This document shows positions 1-14,319 of a stretch of DNA of 64,000 nt, in pieces; the first letter of the stretch is position 1, and each line of letters opens with the position of its first letter. Under the pieces are notes generated by a model. It saw only the letters and a list, made by a program, of their open reading frames with translations, did no database searches and was not told the DNA's origin. Both the position numbers and the translations under genes were made by a program. Location of the stretch: assembly GCF_009834535.1 (NCBI RefSeq), contig NC_045696.1, positions 105,774,001 to 105,838,000 on the forward strand, in the 5' to 3' direction. The DNA is from Camelus ferus (Eukaryota).

Positions 1-774
1 GTCACAGAGGTTTTGAAGAAGAGCTAGTTGTTGGGAGCGGTGAATGAATCCAATCAAGCCACTTTGAGATCTTTTCAATGGTGAAGGATGAAGGTATTTA
101 CTGAGGTGAGTTACTGCTCCCTCTTGCTGTAGTGGTCAGACCAGGCTGCCCTGCTGACCTCTCAGGAGTCATCTTGTGGATGCTGAATTCCAAAGAGCAC
201 AGCATCCTTTCCTTTAATCTCAGAATGCAGATCTGGGCCCTAGTGGGAAGAGGCAGCATATATAGGTGGCCTGCAGTTGCTGGGGCCATAGGCCACCAAG
301 GGCTCTTCAGGCTTCCTCAGAGACTGGGAGGCTCGGGAGGAAGAGGCAATGACAGGCATTGGGCCAGCCACTCCAGACATGACATCCATTCAGTCCACAT
401 TACTTCACAAAGTATCCTGGCCTCCTCAGCACCAAGGAGTTGGGGCATGAGGACTCAAAACACCCAGCCAGCTCTCTCACACTTTATGATTGCGGACTTT
501 TTGTTAAGGCTGAGTTAACTGTTAAAAGGCACACCTGGCTATTTTGCCAGCACTGATTTTCCCAGCACTGATTTTCCCTGAGACAACCTCCATGCATGCA
601 GATGTAACTGGGTCCCAATCAGACTTCTGCGGTGAGAACTCACCCCTCAGCCCTGGAGAAAGATCAGAACAAATGTAGTGTCAGGAGAGAGATTTGAACA
701 AGTGTCTCCCTCACAGCCTGTTATTTTTCTTCCTAGGCTGTGACAGACTATATACACTGGCAGTAAGAGAGCCA

Positions 775-920
775 GGAAGAAAAGGAAGAAAGGGAGGGAA
801 GAAGGAGAAAAAGAAAGGAAAGAAAGAAAGAAAGGAAAGGGAAGGAAGGAAGGAAGGAAGAAGGGAAGGAAAGATAATGAAAGGAGAGAGGCGAGGGGAG
901 AGAAAAGAGGAAAAAGAAGA
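775..920 (+). repeat. Polypurine (GAAA/GGAA) low-complexity tract
   Basis: Almost only A/G for ~145 bp. Confidence 0.9.
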
Positions 921-1593
921 TGCAATGTCCATGATCCATATTTATTCTGATACATGATAAACATGTCATTACATGTCTATAAATATAAATGTGTTTTACC
1001 CCATAAATATAAATCAAGCACCTTGCACATGTACACACCTGTTTCTGCACCAGCACACATGCTCCTGGACAGCTGGTATTTCACGTGTCACAAGGACAGG
1101 CTCCCCATGACTTCTGTTTGCGGTACCGATGCACATACAGATTCAGTCCTCCAAAGCCTTACCGGAACATTCGCGCCTGTGTCGGAGCAGAAGCAGAGAG
1201 GGGTCTACCTGGTGGTGTTAAAGCATACATCAAACCCGTAGGATTACCTCGCAGATACTGAGGAGGGGTCTGGTCCCTAGGTCCAGGGACGGCGCAAGGA
1301 AGAGCAGAGGGTCTTCAGGCAGAGCCCCTGGGCACTTCTTCCCAGCGATCCTCTTCCCCAGCTCCATCCCGGCCCAGTCACTCTGAGAGCGCGAGGGACA
1401 GGACAGGCCGAGGTTTCTTCGTTCAGTGACACGCGTTTCTGGGCTGATTTTCCCAAAGCCACCGCGCAGCTAGCTTTCTCCACCCCACCCCCGTCCGGCC
1501 CCCTTGCCGTCCTGCCCCTCCCCCGGGCCCGAGCTAGAAGTTTAGCCTCAAGCCAGCAACGAAGGGCAGAGCAAAGGAGTCGTTTCCTTTCAC

Positions 1594-1690
1594 CTGGAAG
1601 CTGCGAGGCTTGGCGCGCCTCTCCCAACTAGGGCCCGAGCTCCCTGGGCACCGACCGAGTGCGGACGGACCCCGCCGGGGCCCTCGGCAT
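1594..1690 (-). pseudogene. FOXL2NB: FOXL2NB (C3orf72)/PFOXic-like antisense exon 1, ORF disrupted
   Basis: Minus-strand ATG at 1690 reads MPRAPAGSVRTRSVPRELGP*LGEARQASQLP, collinear with the recalled human N-terminus [29 protein letters not shown]. TAG at 1630-1628; donor CAG|GTGAAA at 1594/1593. Head-to-head with FOXL2. Confidence 0.75.
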
Positions 1691-2115
1691 CTCCCGGCCC
1701 AGTCCGCAGAGCGAGCACCGGCAGACCCAAGGGCTTGTGAGAGCGTGAGCCCGGCTGTCCGCCGGCCCCCTAAGCTCCCTGGGAGGGGGCAGGCCCGTCC
1801 GGGCTGTGCGGGGCGTTTACAAAAAGTGACTTGGAGATGAACTCTCCCGTGCGCGACTGGCCGCCCCGCTATAGGGGCGAAGGCGCCTGACGCAAGCGGA
1901 ACTCGGCGGAGCCCATACGAATCAGAACAGAGCGAGGCTCCTGGCGCACTAGGGACTCCAGGAGGCAGCTTCGCCAGAGACGCGGGTCGTGCCTCGGGAA
2001 ACCGGAGGGTGGGGGGAGGGGAAGAGCGCAGAAAAGAAAACCCACCGAGGCGGGGACTGGCCTGGGCGGGGAGGGGCGGCGGGACCAGAGCCCCTCTCTG
2101 TTGGGCGGACTCCCC

Positions 2116-2130
2116 ATGGCCAGAGGCTGA
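2116..2130 (+). promoter_or_regulatory. Short uORF (MARG*) in the presumed FOXL2 5' UTR
   Basis: ATG GCC AGA GGC TGA with +4 G, about 220 nt upstream of the main ATG. Confidence 0.55.
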
Positions 2131-2250
2131 GCTCCACTCCCGCCGGCCGCTCCCTAGGGGAAGGGAAAGAAGAGGAGAGAGGAGCGAGAGGCCGCCAGCG
2201 AGAGCGCGGGCAGCATCTGCAGTCTCCAGAAGTTTGAGACTCGGCGGTGA

Positions 2251-3468
<1,218 letters not shown>

Positions 3469-4791
3469 GAGCCCACCGCACGCCGGTTGTGAGGATGCAG
3501 GGACGCGCGACGCCGGCTTCGGCCGCAACCGCCACCACCAGCCAGACCGCACGTCGCTGGGGCCGCCCCTGAGCCAGCGCCCGCCCGCGGCCCCTCAGCG
3601 CCTCCTCGCTCCCCTCGGCTCCTCTCGCTCCTCTTTGTCTTCGCTTCTCCTCCTGTGCTCGCCTCCCTACCCTCTATGCCCTTTCGCCCCTCCGGCCTGC
3701 AGGCCGCCTCTCCACGCGCTTTTGCCAGGCCTCGTCTCCTCTGGGCAGCCCAGGGACCGGGCTGGACACCCCTTGACAATATTCACTTCGGAGAGGAAGT
3801 GCCCGGGCCGAGGTGCAGCCGGGCGTCGGCGGCTCAGACCTCCTGGCCTTCTCTCACAGGTCGGTGCGCTCGCGCGCGGCTCTCCCCGCCCGGCTGCCGC
3901 GCCATCCTTAGCTAGAAGCGCCGCCCTGGGCCGGCAACGAGACCCGCGCCGGCCGAGAAAGGGACGAACGTGTTTGCTCTGCGTACCCTCTGGGAGCTGT
4001 TCAGGAGCCCGCTGCCGGGGCCTACTCTGTAGGGCGGGGATTGGGCCAGAGCAGGGAACCGTAGCCTTCTCCCTCGCGGCCTGCGCCCGGGTTTACACCG
4101 CATCCTGGCTACGAGAAAAGCTGCATTTCCTCCGATCTCCATCCCCGCGCTTCGGGCCCCTCCAGGCCCGAGCGGCTGGCTAATGTTTTGCTTAAAAAAA
4201 AAAAAAATCAGGAGGGCTATTTTAGACATGATTAAAAAATATTAAGGAAAGTAACTCACCGGGAAAACCGGCGAGGTATCTTGGCCTTGGAGCTTGCTAA
4301 AGCAAAGCATGAAAATCTTCTCTTCCAGGAGATTTGAAATAGAATTTCTGTCCGGCCTTCAAAAAGCTATGTTCAGAGAGGTAGGAGAATATGCCCAGTA
4401 ACGGATGGTTTCCTCTACAAATTAGAGAATATTCACCCCCTACCTATCTTAAAAAAAAAAAAAATTAAAAACAAATTTCCCCCTATCATCCGATGCAAGC
4501 GCCCGAGCGCCGAGCACCGGGAGATCACTGCCTGCCTGGCGGAAGCTGCAGGGTCGGCTCATCCCCTCCCTGATTTTTGTTTTTCAAACGTCTTGCTTCT
4601 CCCACCTTGGGCAGGAGAAATGTGAAACCCGGCAGCAGTCGGACCAGGCAGGCTTGTGGCCCGAAAACTCTAGACCTGGTTGTTCTGTAGTGTGTGTGTG
4701 GTTTGGAGGACCAAATTTTCTAGAGAGAACTAGAGCACTTTTGTTGTTTTGTTGTTTGTTTGTTGTTGTTGTTTTGTCTTGTCAATTTCTG

Positions 4792-4797
4792 AATAAA
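4792..4797 (+). terminator. FOXL2 polyadenylation signal
   Basis: AATAAA about 1.3 kb after the stop codon, with U/GU-rich sequence on both sides. Confidence 0.75.
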
Positions 4798-7519
4798 TTT
4801 TTTTGTTCTTTCTTTTAACACGGACTTATATTATTTACGTCACCTCTAAGTTCGTTCAGTAAAAGAGGGAGATATTCAGCAAAAATGTATCCTTTTTCAG
4901 ATAAACAAGGGTTGAGGGCCGTCGGAGTGGGGGCCCTTTGTGGTTGTCGGACGCTTTGTTTTCCCAGGGATTGTTTGTTTTCTGTATCATTGCTGGGCTG
5001 TTGCGGCTGTTTAACGTCATCAGAGAGGATTTATCTGCCGTGATTCGTTCACGAGGCGTGACTGTAGGCAGTATTTGTTCTATTTTTGCATCCATGCTAG
5101 TTTGAATTTTCTCTCTTACACAGTTGTGCTAGGTGTGTGGGCCGTGTTTTTATTATATTGTCTTTTCAGTTTTTCCAGATAAATATAACAGCCAGAAAAG
5201 TTTATTCCAAATAGATAAAATCCTGGTTGCGGAAATGCACTGTAAGCTGCAAATGTCTGTACAAATGTAACCAGCGACTGATCGCCTTATTTTTAGTAAT
5301 CAGAATTCATTTACCTTGAGATATGTGTAAGAGATTTGGGAGTATCAGAGAGGGAGGAACATTCTGCGTGGCTGTAGAAATTTAATATTTTTTTCTTTTT
5401 CTTTACTGAGACTCTTCAAATAACAAATTAAGACCGGTGCTTCCGTGCAAGCACAGACCCGACTGCAGGCCGGTGCTGCAAGGGGGAAAAGGGGTGGTCA
5501 GCTTTCAGTCCTCCAGTTGGATGACAAGTATCAGCCACTTTTACCACCACTATGGGACAGTTTAAGTTGGACCCTGCACCCAGCCACGTGTCCCTCACTG
5601 CCCCCCACTCAACCTGGACAGCAATGGCCACAGGTCCAGGTCGACCAGTGGGCTGGGAGCAGCTGCCTCCGGCAAAGCACAAGCCTGCAGGCCCCCTAGT
5701 TCCGCCTTTACTGGTGGTTACTCTTCGGCAAAGTCAGGGTAGGAGCCCTGTTATGTGTAGTTGGGCCCAAGGGGAAGTGGCTCAGGCTCAGGAAGACCCC
5801 TCCTCCCTCGGGTATCTTGGGGAGGCTGGAAAGTGGAGGATGAAGTCATGGAGATTCTAAGGAGCATCATCCTAAGACAGGAACTGGAGCCTGCCAGGAC
5901 CACGGGAACCGGGCAAGCAGGCTGCAGAGGGGCTCAGCCCGGGCAAGCAAGAAGCCCAAAAGGCTGGTCAGGCTTGGTGTCTGGGTACTTCTGGCAACCT
6001 GCTGCACCTTTGTCGGGCTGACTAAGGTGAGTTGCAGAAAAGAAAGTGGACTGCTGTGTGCTTCTCTGTTTGTGCTTTCTGTGGTGTGAATATGTATCCC
6101 ATGGGCAGTTGTACAGTCTATGCCTTCTATAAATACGTGTGAGTTGTGTCCTGGTGACAGGAAGGGAGGTCTGTATGTCTGTCATTCACCTTCAAAGAGT
6201 GCATATATTTTAGGCATTGTAATAATCATATGGCTAATATTCAGGAAATGCTTACTGGGACCACAGCCTGTGTGGCATTCGTTAAGTCATTGGTAACATG
6301 TGCAATTATGTTCTGGGTATATAATCCTGGTTTGCTGAATGAAAGCAGAATACATACAGAGCCTTTGCTTCAACTAGTTGAGGCTCGCTGTTCCAAGGCT
6401 GGCTCTCAGCACCCCACAACTGCTATTCCAAGGAGAGAAAGAAGTGGAGGGAAGTCTTCCGGGCAGAGCCTCCAGTGAGGTGGGGAAGTTGGCCTAGGCC
6501 AGCATTGGAGGACATAGCCTCTCTCTGCCCACCAAGAACTGAAAGGCGAGAGGCACCCAAGGTTAGGGAGAGAGCAGTAGCCTCACTAAGTTTGGAGGAG
6601 GAGATGAAGGAATGGGGAGGGATTCCTGGTCTATACAGAGATTGAAGAAGATGAGAGAAGGGAGCCAAATCATACCCCACTTCTCCATGGATGCCCACAG
6701 GAAGACATCTGTCTCTAATTCCAGCCCCAGGAGTTTCTCCCAAACTCTATACTTTGGTCATTTCCCCTCAGTGCTACAAGTTAAGGGCAATGGTTGACTT
6801 TCTTCATCTCTCATTTCCTTTCTCTCCTCTGCCTCTTTGCACTTTTGAGTTTCTGTTAGAAAAGATGATTGAAGGAATTCCCTAAGCAAGGGCAAAAGTA
6901 TTTAAGAGAGTTCTTGATACGTAGCAATTATGCTTTAGCATATACAGTCTGGTCTAGATGGCCAAACCACGTGGGTGTGTGTATATATGTTTGCCAGGGT
7001 GTATTGTAAATACAACATAAATAGTTTAACACAAATACACTGCCAGTTTCTGCATGTCCTGGATAGAGTTGCTACACATGGCACTGAATGAGGATTATGT
7101 GTGTACTTGCATGCGTGTAAACATCCCTACACTCAGCACTGACGAGATGTCCCCCACCTCCTCACATTTACACACAAATTCTTGGTCACCTCCACCCCCT
7201 AAAACTGCCTAGCCAGAGTATTTGGGTTCTGGTCGGGGAGGGTGTCCTGTTCTCAGGGGGACCTGAGGAAAATTTTTGCCAGTGTAGTACATACATCAAG
7301 GGACTGTAAGGTGGGGACCTAGGGTGTTCTCTGGGATGACCCCACACCCTACCCCAGAGGGTGTTCCTGGCCTGTTTCCCCCTTGCATGAGTAAAGAGTT
7401 CACTGCCCCGCATCCTGGATTTGGATGGGCATGAAGCCCAAAACCTTTCACCTGAGGTCAGGTGCTCTCCCACCCTTGCCTGGGCCTCCCACTGGCCGAG
7501 GCTGGCACTCCCAGCTGAA

Positions 7520-7533
7520 GAGCCCCCTGGTGG
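7520..7533 (-). promoter_or_regulatory. CTCF motif (reverse)
   Basis: Reverse complement CCACCAGGGGGCTC. Confidence 0.5.
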
Positions 7534-8769
7534 TGGGTGGAAACCAGGGGCAGGCCAGGGCTTCTTGCAGCCAGATGGGCAGGAGAGGATGGACCTGGAA
7601 ACTGGATCAGAACCAAGACAGTCTGCCCATGAGTGAGCTCTTCCCTTAATGGAGGCTGGGAGCACCAGAACTGCTGGGCCAGGCTCCTGGCCTCTGGGAT
7701 GGTGTCAGGGGCCAGGGAGCGGTTTGGTCAGCCTCAGAAGGCCTGCAGTTCTCCCACTCCGTGGAGTTAATCTGGTGGTGGTGGTGATGCCTGGTCCATC
7801 CGGCTGCCTCCTCAGGGCAGCCCCTTCTTCTGGGAGTAGCCCAGGAGCCCACACCTCTCCTGTATGGCAGGGCCCAGAAGCCTGGAATGGTTGGAAGCAA
7901 TCTCCATGCCCCAGTCTGCCTTAGGGACAACCAGAAGTGACAGATTCCTGAAACCAAGCAGTCTGATTAGCTTTCTGGAGAGAGGGCTCCATTCTGTCAC
8001 AAGAGTGTCTGGGCCCATGAACCCCAAATCTTGTTTACATTTAAGGAACCTGGGGTCCTGAGAAAAGAAGGGACCAGCCAGAGGTCACCCAGCTATCTGT
8101 GGAGCCAACTACCTCAGAAGTTTTATGGAGAGACCTGAGAGCACCAAGCCCAGCTGCCCACTGGGCTCTCCAAGTGGCACAGGCCCTGCTGACTGAGGTT
8201 GGATGTTGAGGGGCCCCGTGGGTAAAGGGGGAGCCAGCCAGAGGAGATGGAAGCAAAGGTCTGGGTCTGAGCTGTGGTCCGATTGTACTCAGGGAACTTC
8301 TGCTGTGCCATCTATTTGCTGCTTGGGCTTCAGCTTGGTGGTGAGCTCTGAAAATTTTGCTCTAGGACCATGTCACCCCAGCAAGGTGGCCTGTGCAGGA
8401 TGGGGCAAGGACAGAGGCCTGTTCACCCTGGAAGGTATAGTGTGGAGCCCAGTGACCTCCTTTAATAGCTGTGGTAACTTGAACCAAAAAAAAAAAAAAA
8501 AAAAAAAAAAAGCCATTCTGAATTTGCTTTCTCATCTGTAAAATAGAATTATATATACCTCAAAGAGTTATTAAAATAATTAAATGTTCCAGTGTCAAAG
8601 TACCCGGTTTATAGTAGATGGTCAATATGGTTTTCCTTCCCCTATTGAAGAGGAAGGTAAGAAAGAAGGAAGGGAGGGAGAGAAGGGGGTAAAGGAGAGT
8701 AAGGAGGGAAGGAGAAAGAAAGGAAAAGCCTTTTGTAGTAACTCTGTAGGGTCTGGCATCCAAATGCAG

Positions 8770-11700
8770 CGGCCTCGGCCACCCCTGCATGCCCCAAGAG
8801 CTCAGGCTGCAGATCAGATCACCTTCCCGATCCGGGCGCGGGCGATTGCGTTCACCCTGCCCCAGTCCCTTGACCCTGGGGTTGAGGCGCGTCTTGTTGC
8901 GGAGAATACCCGGGCCCTGGAGGCCCGGACGGAGATCCCAACCCCGGGCTCCTCCAACCACCCTCTCGATTCTCCTAAGGCAGTCTTCACTGATAGACAA
9001 GCTTTTCTCTGAGAAAGGCCCACTGATCTGCCAAGTGACACAGACTCAGGCACTTGGGTCCAAGCACTGCTGCCACTCTCAAGCTCTTAGGCCGGCGCCT
9101 CCCGCCCTCAGGCACTTCCCTGAACGGGGGCTGTTTGAACTCCCCCCCCCCCACCTTTTTTTTTTTTTTTTTTTTTTTAATCCAGAAAAGCAGTAGGTAG
9201 CCAAGGGGCGGGAAGTGGCGAAGGTCAGCTTGTGGGAGAGGCTCCCCTCGGTCTTTGTCGAGAAACGGGAAACCTGAGGGGCAAACGCAGGAAGCGGGTT
9301 GGCGGAACTGCAGCGGGTTGAGGCACTGCCCGCGGGTGGGAGCGGGGACCGCGTGGGGCCGCGGCTCCGCAGACCCTGGCCCGAGCGCCAGAGTCCCGGG
9401 TCCGCAAGACTGGTGGCGGCGCTGCAAGAGAGGATCATCTGGCGAGGACCGGCCCCCTCTAGGCAGCTCTAAACAAAATTCGAGAATGACTGGGCCCGTC
9501 TGAGTTCAGGGTGCTCCCGACGGCAGGGTGGGCAGGGGAAGCGTAGGAGGCCCTGATCATCCCAGGAGGTGGCGGAACGCGCGCGCGGCACTGGCCGCAC
9601 CGAGCCCCCACCACGCCGGGAGACCGACTCTGCTTCTCCGCGTTGGGAGCTCAACATGGTCCTGTTGTCCTTAGTAATAGTACTATCAAACCGAATGAAA
9701 TAAAACTTTTCCCCGGATTCTCCACGGAAAGTTACTTCTTTAGACAGGCGAAGAAAAGGAAAGAACAGAATCCCAGGAAACTTTAATCTCTATGGACGAG
9801 GAGGTAAGGGGAATGTGCTTTTTGCTTTTTTGTTTGTTTCTAGGGGGAAAGAAGGAAATTCAACACATATTTTAAAAATCTCTCCCCAACAAGCCCTAAA
9901 GGCTGTGAGTGTGAGCAGCGAGTCAGGAAACCGAGCCCCCGCCCACAGTGACACCGGGCCTTTGTCTTCTTTCCTGAAGCCCCCCTGACTGCTGACCGCG
10001 CCGAGATAAAGGCCGGGTCAGAGCCCTGTGGAATCCCGAGGGAGGGGGCAGCGGGGCCGTCCACTGGCCGCTTCCAACAGGCCGGCCTTGCCGCAGCGGG
10101 GCTACTCGGCCAGGGGCTGCTTTCCACCCCCAGGCCCAACTGAGGCACGGATCCGCGTTTCTCAACTTTCGCTGAGTCTTCTACCACTAAAATCCCTGGA
10201 CCCGGTCCCCACCAGCATTACGTTGTCTTACTTAAGGGCTCTAGGAGGGGTGAGGGGCCATGCCCCACAGACGGACCTCGCCTGACTTGGCCCCCAAGAG
10301 TGGAAACGTGAGCAACTTTTGCTGCGTCTCTGGTGTTCGCGGCTGCTGGGCTCGGTTGGCCAAGAGGATCCGAACCCGTGCCTTGTCTGTCACCGCCGTG
10401 CCTCTGCGCCTTCTTGCGGCCCCGAGACTCCTCCAGCTCTTGGCCTCAAATTTTCTGCGTAACGCCCTGCTTTCGGTCGAACGAGTCTGCGGAGATGGAG
10501 GGAGGCCGTTTGTGACCCTACCCTACCGCTTTCTGTGATTTAGAAACCCAAGTCGCCACGGGGCTCAAGCATCCGCGACGTTGCTTTCGCATGACAACGG
10601 CCTTGGGCTTTCCAGGGTACGCTTGCGATCCGTTCGCCGCAGACACACGCAGGTGACGCGAGTGCTGCGCAGCTCAGAATTCTTCCGAAGAAAGAAGGGG
10701 AAGACGAGCCCGGCGGCCGGCGCGGGCGGAGACGGAGGGATCTCCAGCAGCCACGCTGCGCTCCTCTCGCCAGGTTGTACCCTGGGGCCCCCAGCCAGAG
10801 CTGCAGACGTGTATTTTTCCTAAGCTGAGGGCGAATCCTCAGTTCGCCCCCCTTCTTGATGGCTTATGGGGGTAGGGGCCCGGGCCGCCTCCTCTGAGCC
10901 GAATGGAAGATCAGGGTCCCTCTTTTAGAGGACGCGACCTGGGGAGGAAAAGAAAAGGCGACAGACAGGGGAAGTGAGGCCCTGAAGCTTCGCGTGCCGG
11001 GAGCGCTCTCCACCTCTTCCTTTTCTTGCCCCTTGCCCTCATCTGCGGAGTCGCGGATCTTGGTCCCCACTGAAACTGGAGCTGCCCACGAGCCGTCAGA
11101 TGAACGTCAGATGAAAGATAAAGGAGCCTGCCGGCGCCGAGTCGCTAACCGGATCCGGGCTTTCCCGCATCCTGGAGCAGCACCTGAGACCCTACTTCCC
11201 TAGGTGGCCTGACCCAGTTCAAGAGAAACGATTCAGCTGAGCAGTGTGCATACCCTGCCTCCAGGCACAAACAATCGCGTTGGCGAACACAGTATGCATA
11301 GACACATATGCACGAAGGTATCCTGGATCTGTCTATATGTACACGCACACGTGTGTGCATTTGTTATGCCTCTAAAGAGACACACAGACACCTTTACACA
11401 CGTGTGACAGACCCGTGCACACGTTTGTCCAGTGTTCTTGGATCTGTCCTGTTTGCGCGCAGCCCAAATGCTGATGGAGCTGACTGCTCGAAAGTAGTAA
11501 TTATGCCTCATATTTACACAGAACCTTTACAGTTTTCAATCACAATTTTTACAACTACCCTGGGGAATGCTGTCCTTTCGAATTTTAAACGGGCAAACAA
11601 GCCAAGAGAAGTTAATCGATGCCCGTTTGCACACAGACTGTGATAGACCAGGGCCAGCCAAAGACGTCGCCGGCTGTGGAATGCGATGTGCTTGCTAGAG

Positions 11701-13400
11701 CTGCTCTGAGGTTGACTGGTTTAGCGGCCCAAGCGACCCCTAGACCCGACGGGCCTTGGTCCTTCGCCAGACTTCGCGGGAAACCCACCGCGCCGGGTGT
11801 CTGCTCTCAATTCGTTCGCTGATAAGTGCGCTCTGCCGGAGCTCGGTGACCCGGGTGCCCAGGGCAGGAGGAGCTCGGGGCTCGCCCGAGTGCCACGAAA
11901 GAGGGGCAGAAGATTCCACGGAACTGCCGCCCACGCGCGGGTAGGTCCAAACCCTGGACCGAGCCTGCATCCCCAAGGCAGCCACTACAGGCAAATGCGC
12001 GATATTTTCACTCCAACCGCAAGCTCAGGAGTGCTATGTTGTGCCAGAGCAGGAGCAGTGACGAACGGATTATGCTGCCTCTAATGACCCTACAGGACTC
12101 GGAGCCCACCGTGCCCTAATTTACAAAAGTGATTAGTCGGAGGCTAGAGAGGTACAGTAAGTTGCCCCCAATTCAACAGCCAGGAAGGGACCGGGATCGG
12201 GGCTGGAGTCCCCAATTAGCTGGATCCCTAGCCGGCTATTCCTCTGCTCCCAGCCGGGATCACCAGGTCCCTGTTTGCGCCACTCCTGAGGGCGGCTTGG
12301 AGCCATCCGGCTCTTGGCCTCTGACTTCGCTCATGAAGGACGCGAAGACTATTCTGGCCCTCACCAACATCATTATAAAGGTTCTTGCACTCTTGGAATT
12401 GTGTAAAAAAAATATTTTACAGATTTAAATTATATATATATTTTTGTGTATGTTGGGTTTTGCTTCTTGCTGCTTCTTCTGGGTGGGACATTTGGTGTCC
12501 CCCCATCTCGCCCCCGACCCTCCTCGGCCCCAAGCCTTCACACTCTTGACACTGAGGTTGCCCGAGGGCTGTAGCTTGACCACATCTCCCCGGATGCCCT
12601 TGGGCCTCGGCGCCCGGCTCCGGCAGACTAAGGTCGCTGGTCTCCGAACTCCAAGGCCGCCCCCACCCCGCAGAGCCAGGGCACTGGAAAGGAGCCCGCG
12701 GCGTGGCGAGGTCGCCATGTGTCCTCACAGCCTCGAGGCTGCCCTCTGCTGGCACTAAGCTTTAACATCGCCGCCTCCCTCAGCGCACCGGGAGCTGAGC
12801 CCACGAGAGCAGCTCGCGCAAGGTAAGGCGACCCCACAGCGCAGAGTGGATAACCCTACTCTCGCTGGATCTCGGGAGTGGCCGCCGCACCTTCAACCTC
12901 TGTGTATACTCTTTCTGGCCGCTGCTCCCTGCCCGCACCGGAGACTACTCAGGTACTACTCAGAAAGCTGAAGCTCTGCGCCGGCAGTCGGGCTGCTCTG
13001 GGGCTTGCACCAGGATCCCGGTACTCCCTGGCCCTCAGTGGGGGCGGCGCTGGGCGCGGGGAGCCGCAACCCGCAGGCGCTCACATGGCGCTTCCCTCAG
13101 GCGATCGGCGGACTCTGGGAACCCCGGGGAGAGCCCCAGGTTGGGCTCACGCCCCTTTATTCTCGGACCATAGCATTGATTGGCACTCCTGGGTCAAGGT
13201 CCAGAAAACTCTGCCCTCCCACTCCGACTGACTTCCAGCTCCACCTGATAGTCGCCTGGGCGCTTGGCTGCCTCTACTTCTTGCAGTCACTTGTCTCCTC
13301 AACCAGATTAAGAGCGCCTCAAGGATCGGAAACGGCGGGTTCCCAATTCGCACCGCACACGGCCTCTCTCAAAGTCTGCCTAGTGGTCACGGAACTGGCT
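8770..13400. promoter_or_regulatory. Broad CpG-rich domain 3' of FOXL2
   Basis: Sustained high CpG density, no young repeats, no credible ORF. Confidence 0.75.
12739..12752 (-). promoter_or_regulatory. CTCF motif (reverse)
   Basis: Reverse complement CCAGCAGAGGGCAG, a full match to the core consensus. Confidence 0.65.
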
Positions 13401-14319
13401 CAAGACGTCTCCGTCGTCACTCTTAAAATAAGCCTTAGGCAGTGCGATGGTAAGACACTTCCGCCTGTTGAAATCTAAGATGGGATAAAAATTATTCAGT
13501 AATCATACCTGTGCACTTTCAGTGCTAGATATTAGGACTGCACGTTTTCACTTTTCCTCCCATTTACTGTACCTCTCTAGCCTCCAACTACTCACTTCTG
13601 AAAATTATTTCAAGTTGAAGAAAATTGGGGAAATAGAACATTAAGATGCACAAAGTAAATGAAAATTACAGGTAATCCCACCCCTCCATGAGGCAACCAC
13701 AGTTAAAATTTTGGCGACTTTACTCCGATCTTTTATTTATATATTTTAATGTCTAATTTCCATAGTTAAAAGAATATATTTTATACAGAATTTTCAATTT
13801 TGTATCCTGCTTCTTTTAACCTTTCACCATAAGGGTTTCTCCATATCTTATTCTTTGAAAAGTGGTTTTCAATGAATGCTTAATAATCCATCATACAGGT
13901 GAGCCTTTTTTTTAATGTAACAGCACTAATCCACTTTGTTTCAGGTCTAGGAAACACTCTCTTGGTCACTAAATATATAATCAGTAGTTGATCAATACAT
14001 CCTTTTCTAGCCCAAAAAGGAGTGTTGTGGTCCCCCTCTCAGGGTACAAAAGATCCACTCAGAAATTTAGGATTGCTTTGAAATGGGAAAGGGTCTTCTA
14101 GACCCTGCTGAGAGCTATTTCTCTTTGCTAGAGACCAGTGGAGCTGGGGTGCTGGAAGAAATGTCCTGAAAGAAAGCAGGGGTCAGTGATATGTGTGAAG
14201 AGATGCCCTGGCCTGCCTCTAGGACCAAAGCCCTGTATCCCTAGCCGGCACTCAAGCTAGTATCTGTGACCTGAGTTTCTGTGTGCAGTATCTTGTAATA
14301 GGAATCAAACATGCATTTA

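Noticed and set aside
547..576. 15-bp tandem duplication CCAGCACTGATTTTC x2
   Set aside because: Ordinary slippage duplication with no sign of function.
647..1056. Hydrophobic or charged ORFs
   Set aside because: They are translations of the polypurine low-complexity tract.
11290..11425. Alternating purine-pyrimidine tract with CACGTG palindromes
   Set aside because: Most simply a decayed (CA/TG)n low-complexity region.
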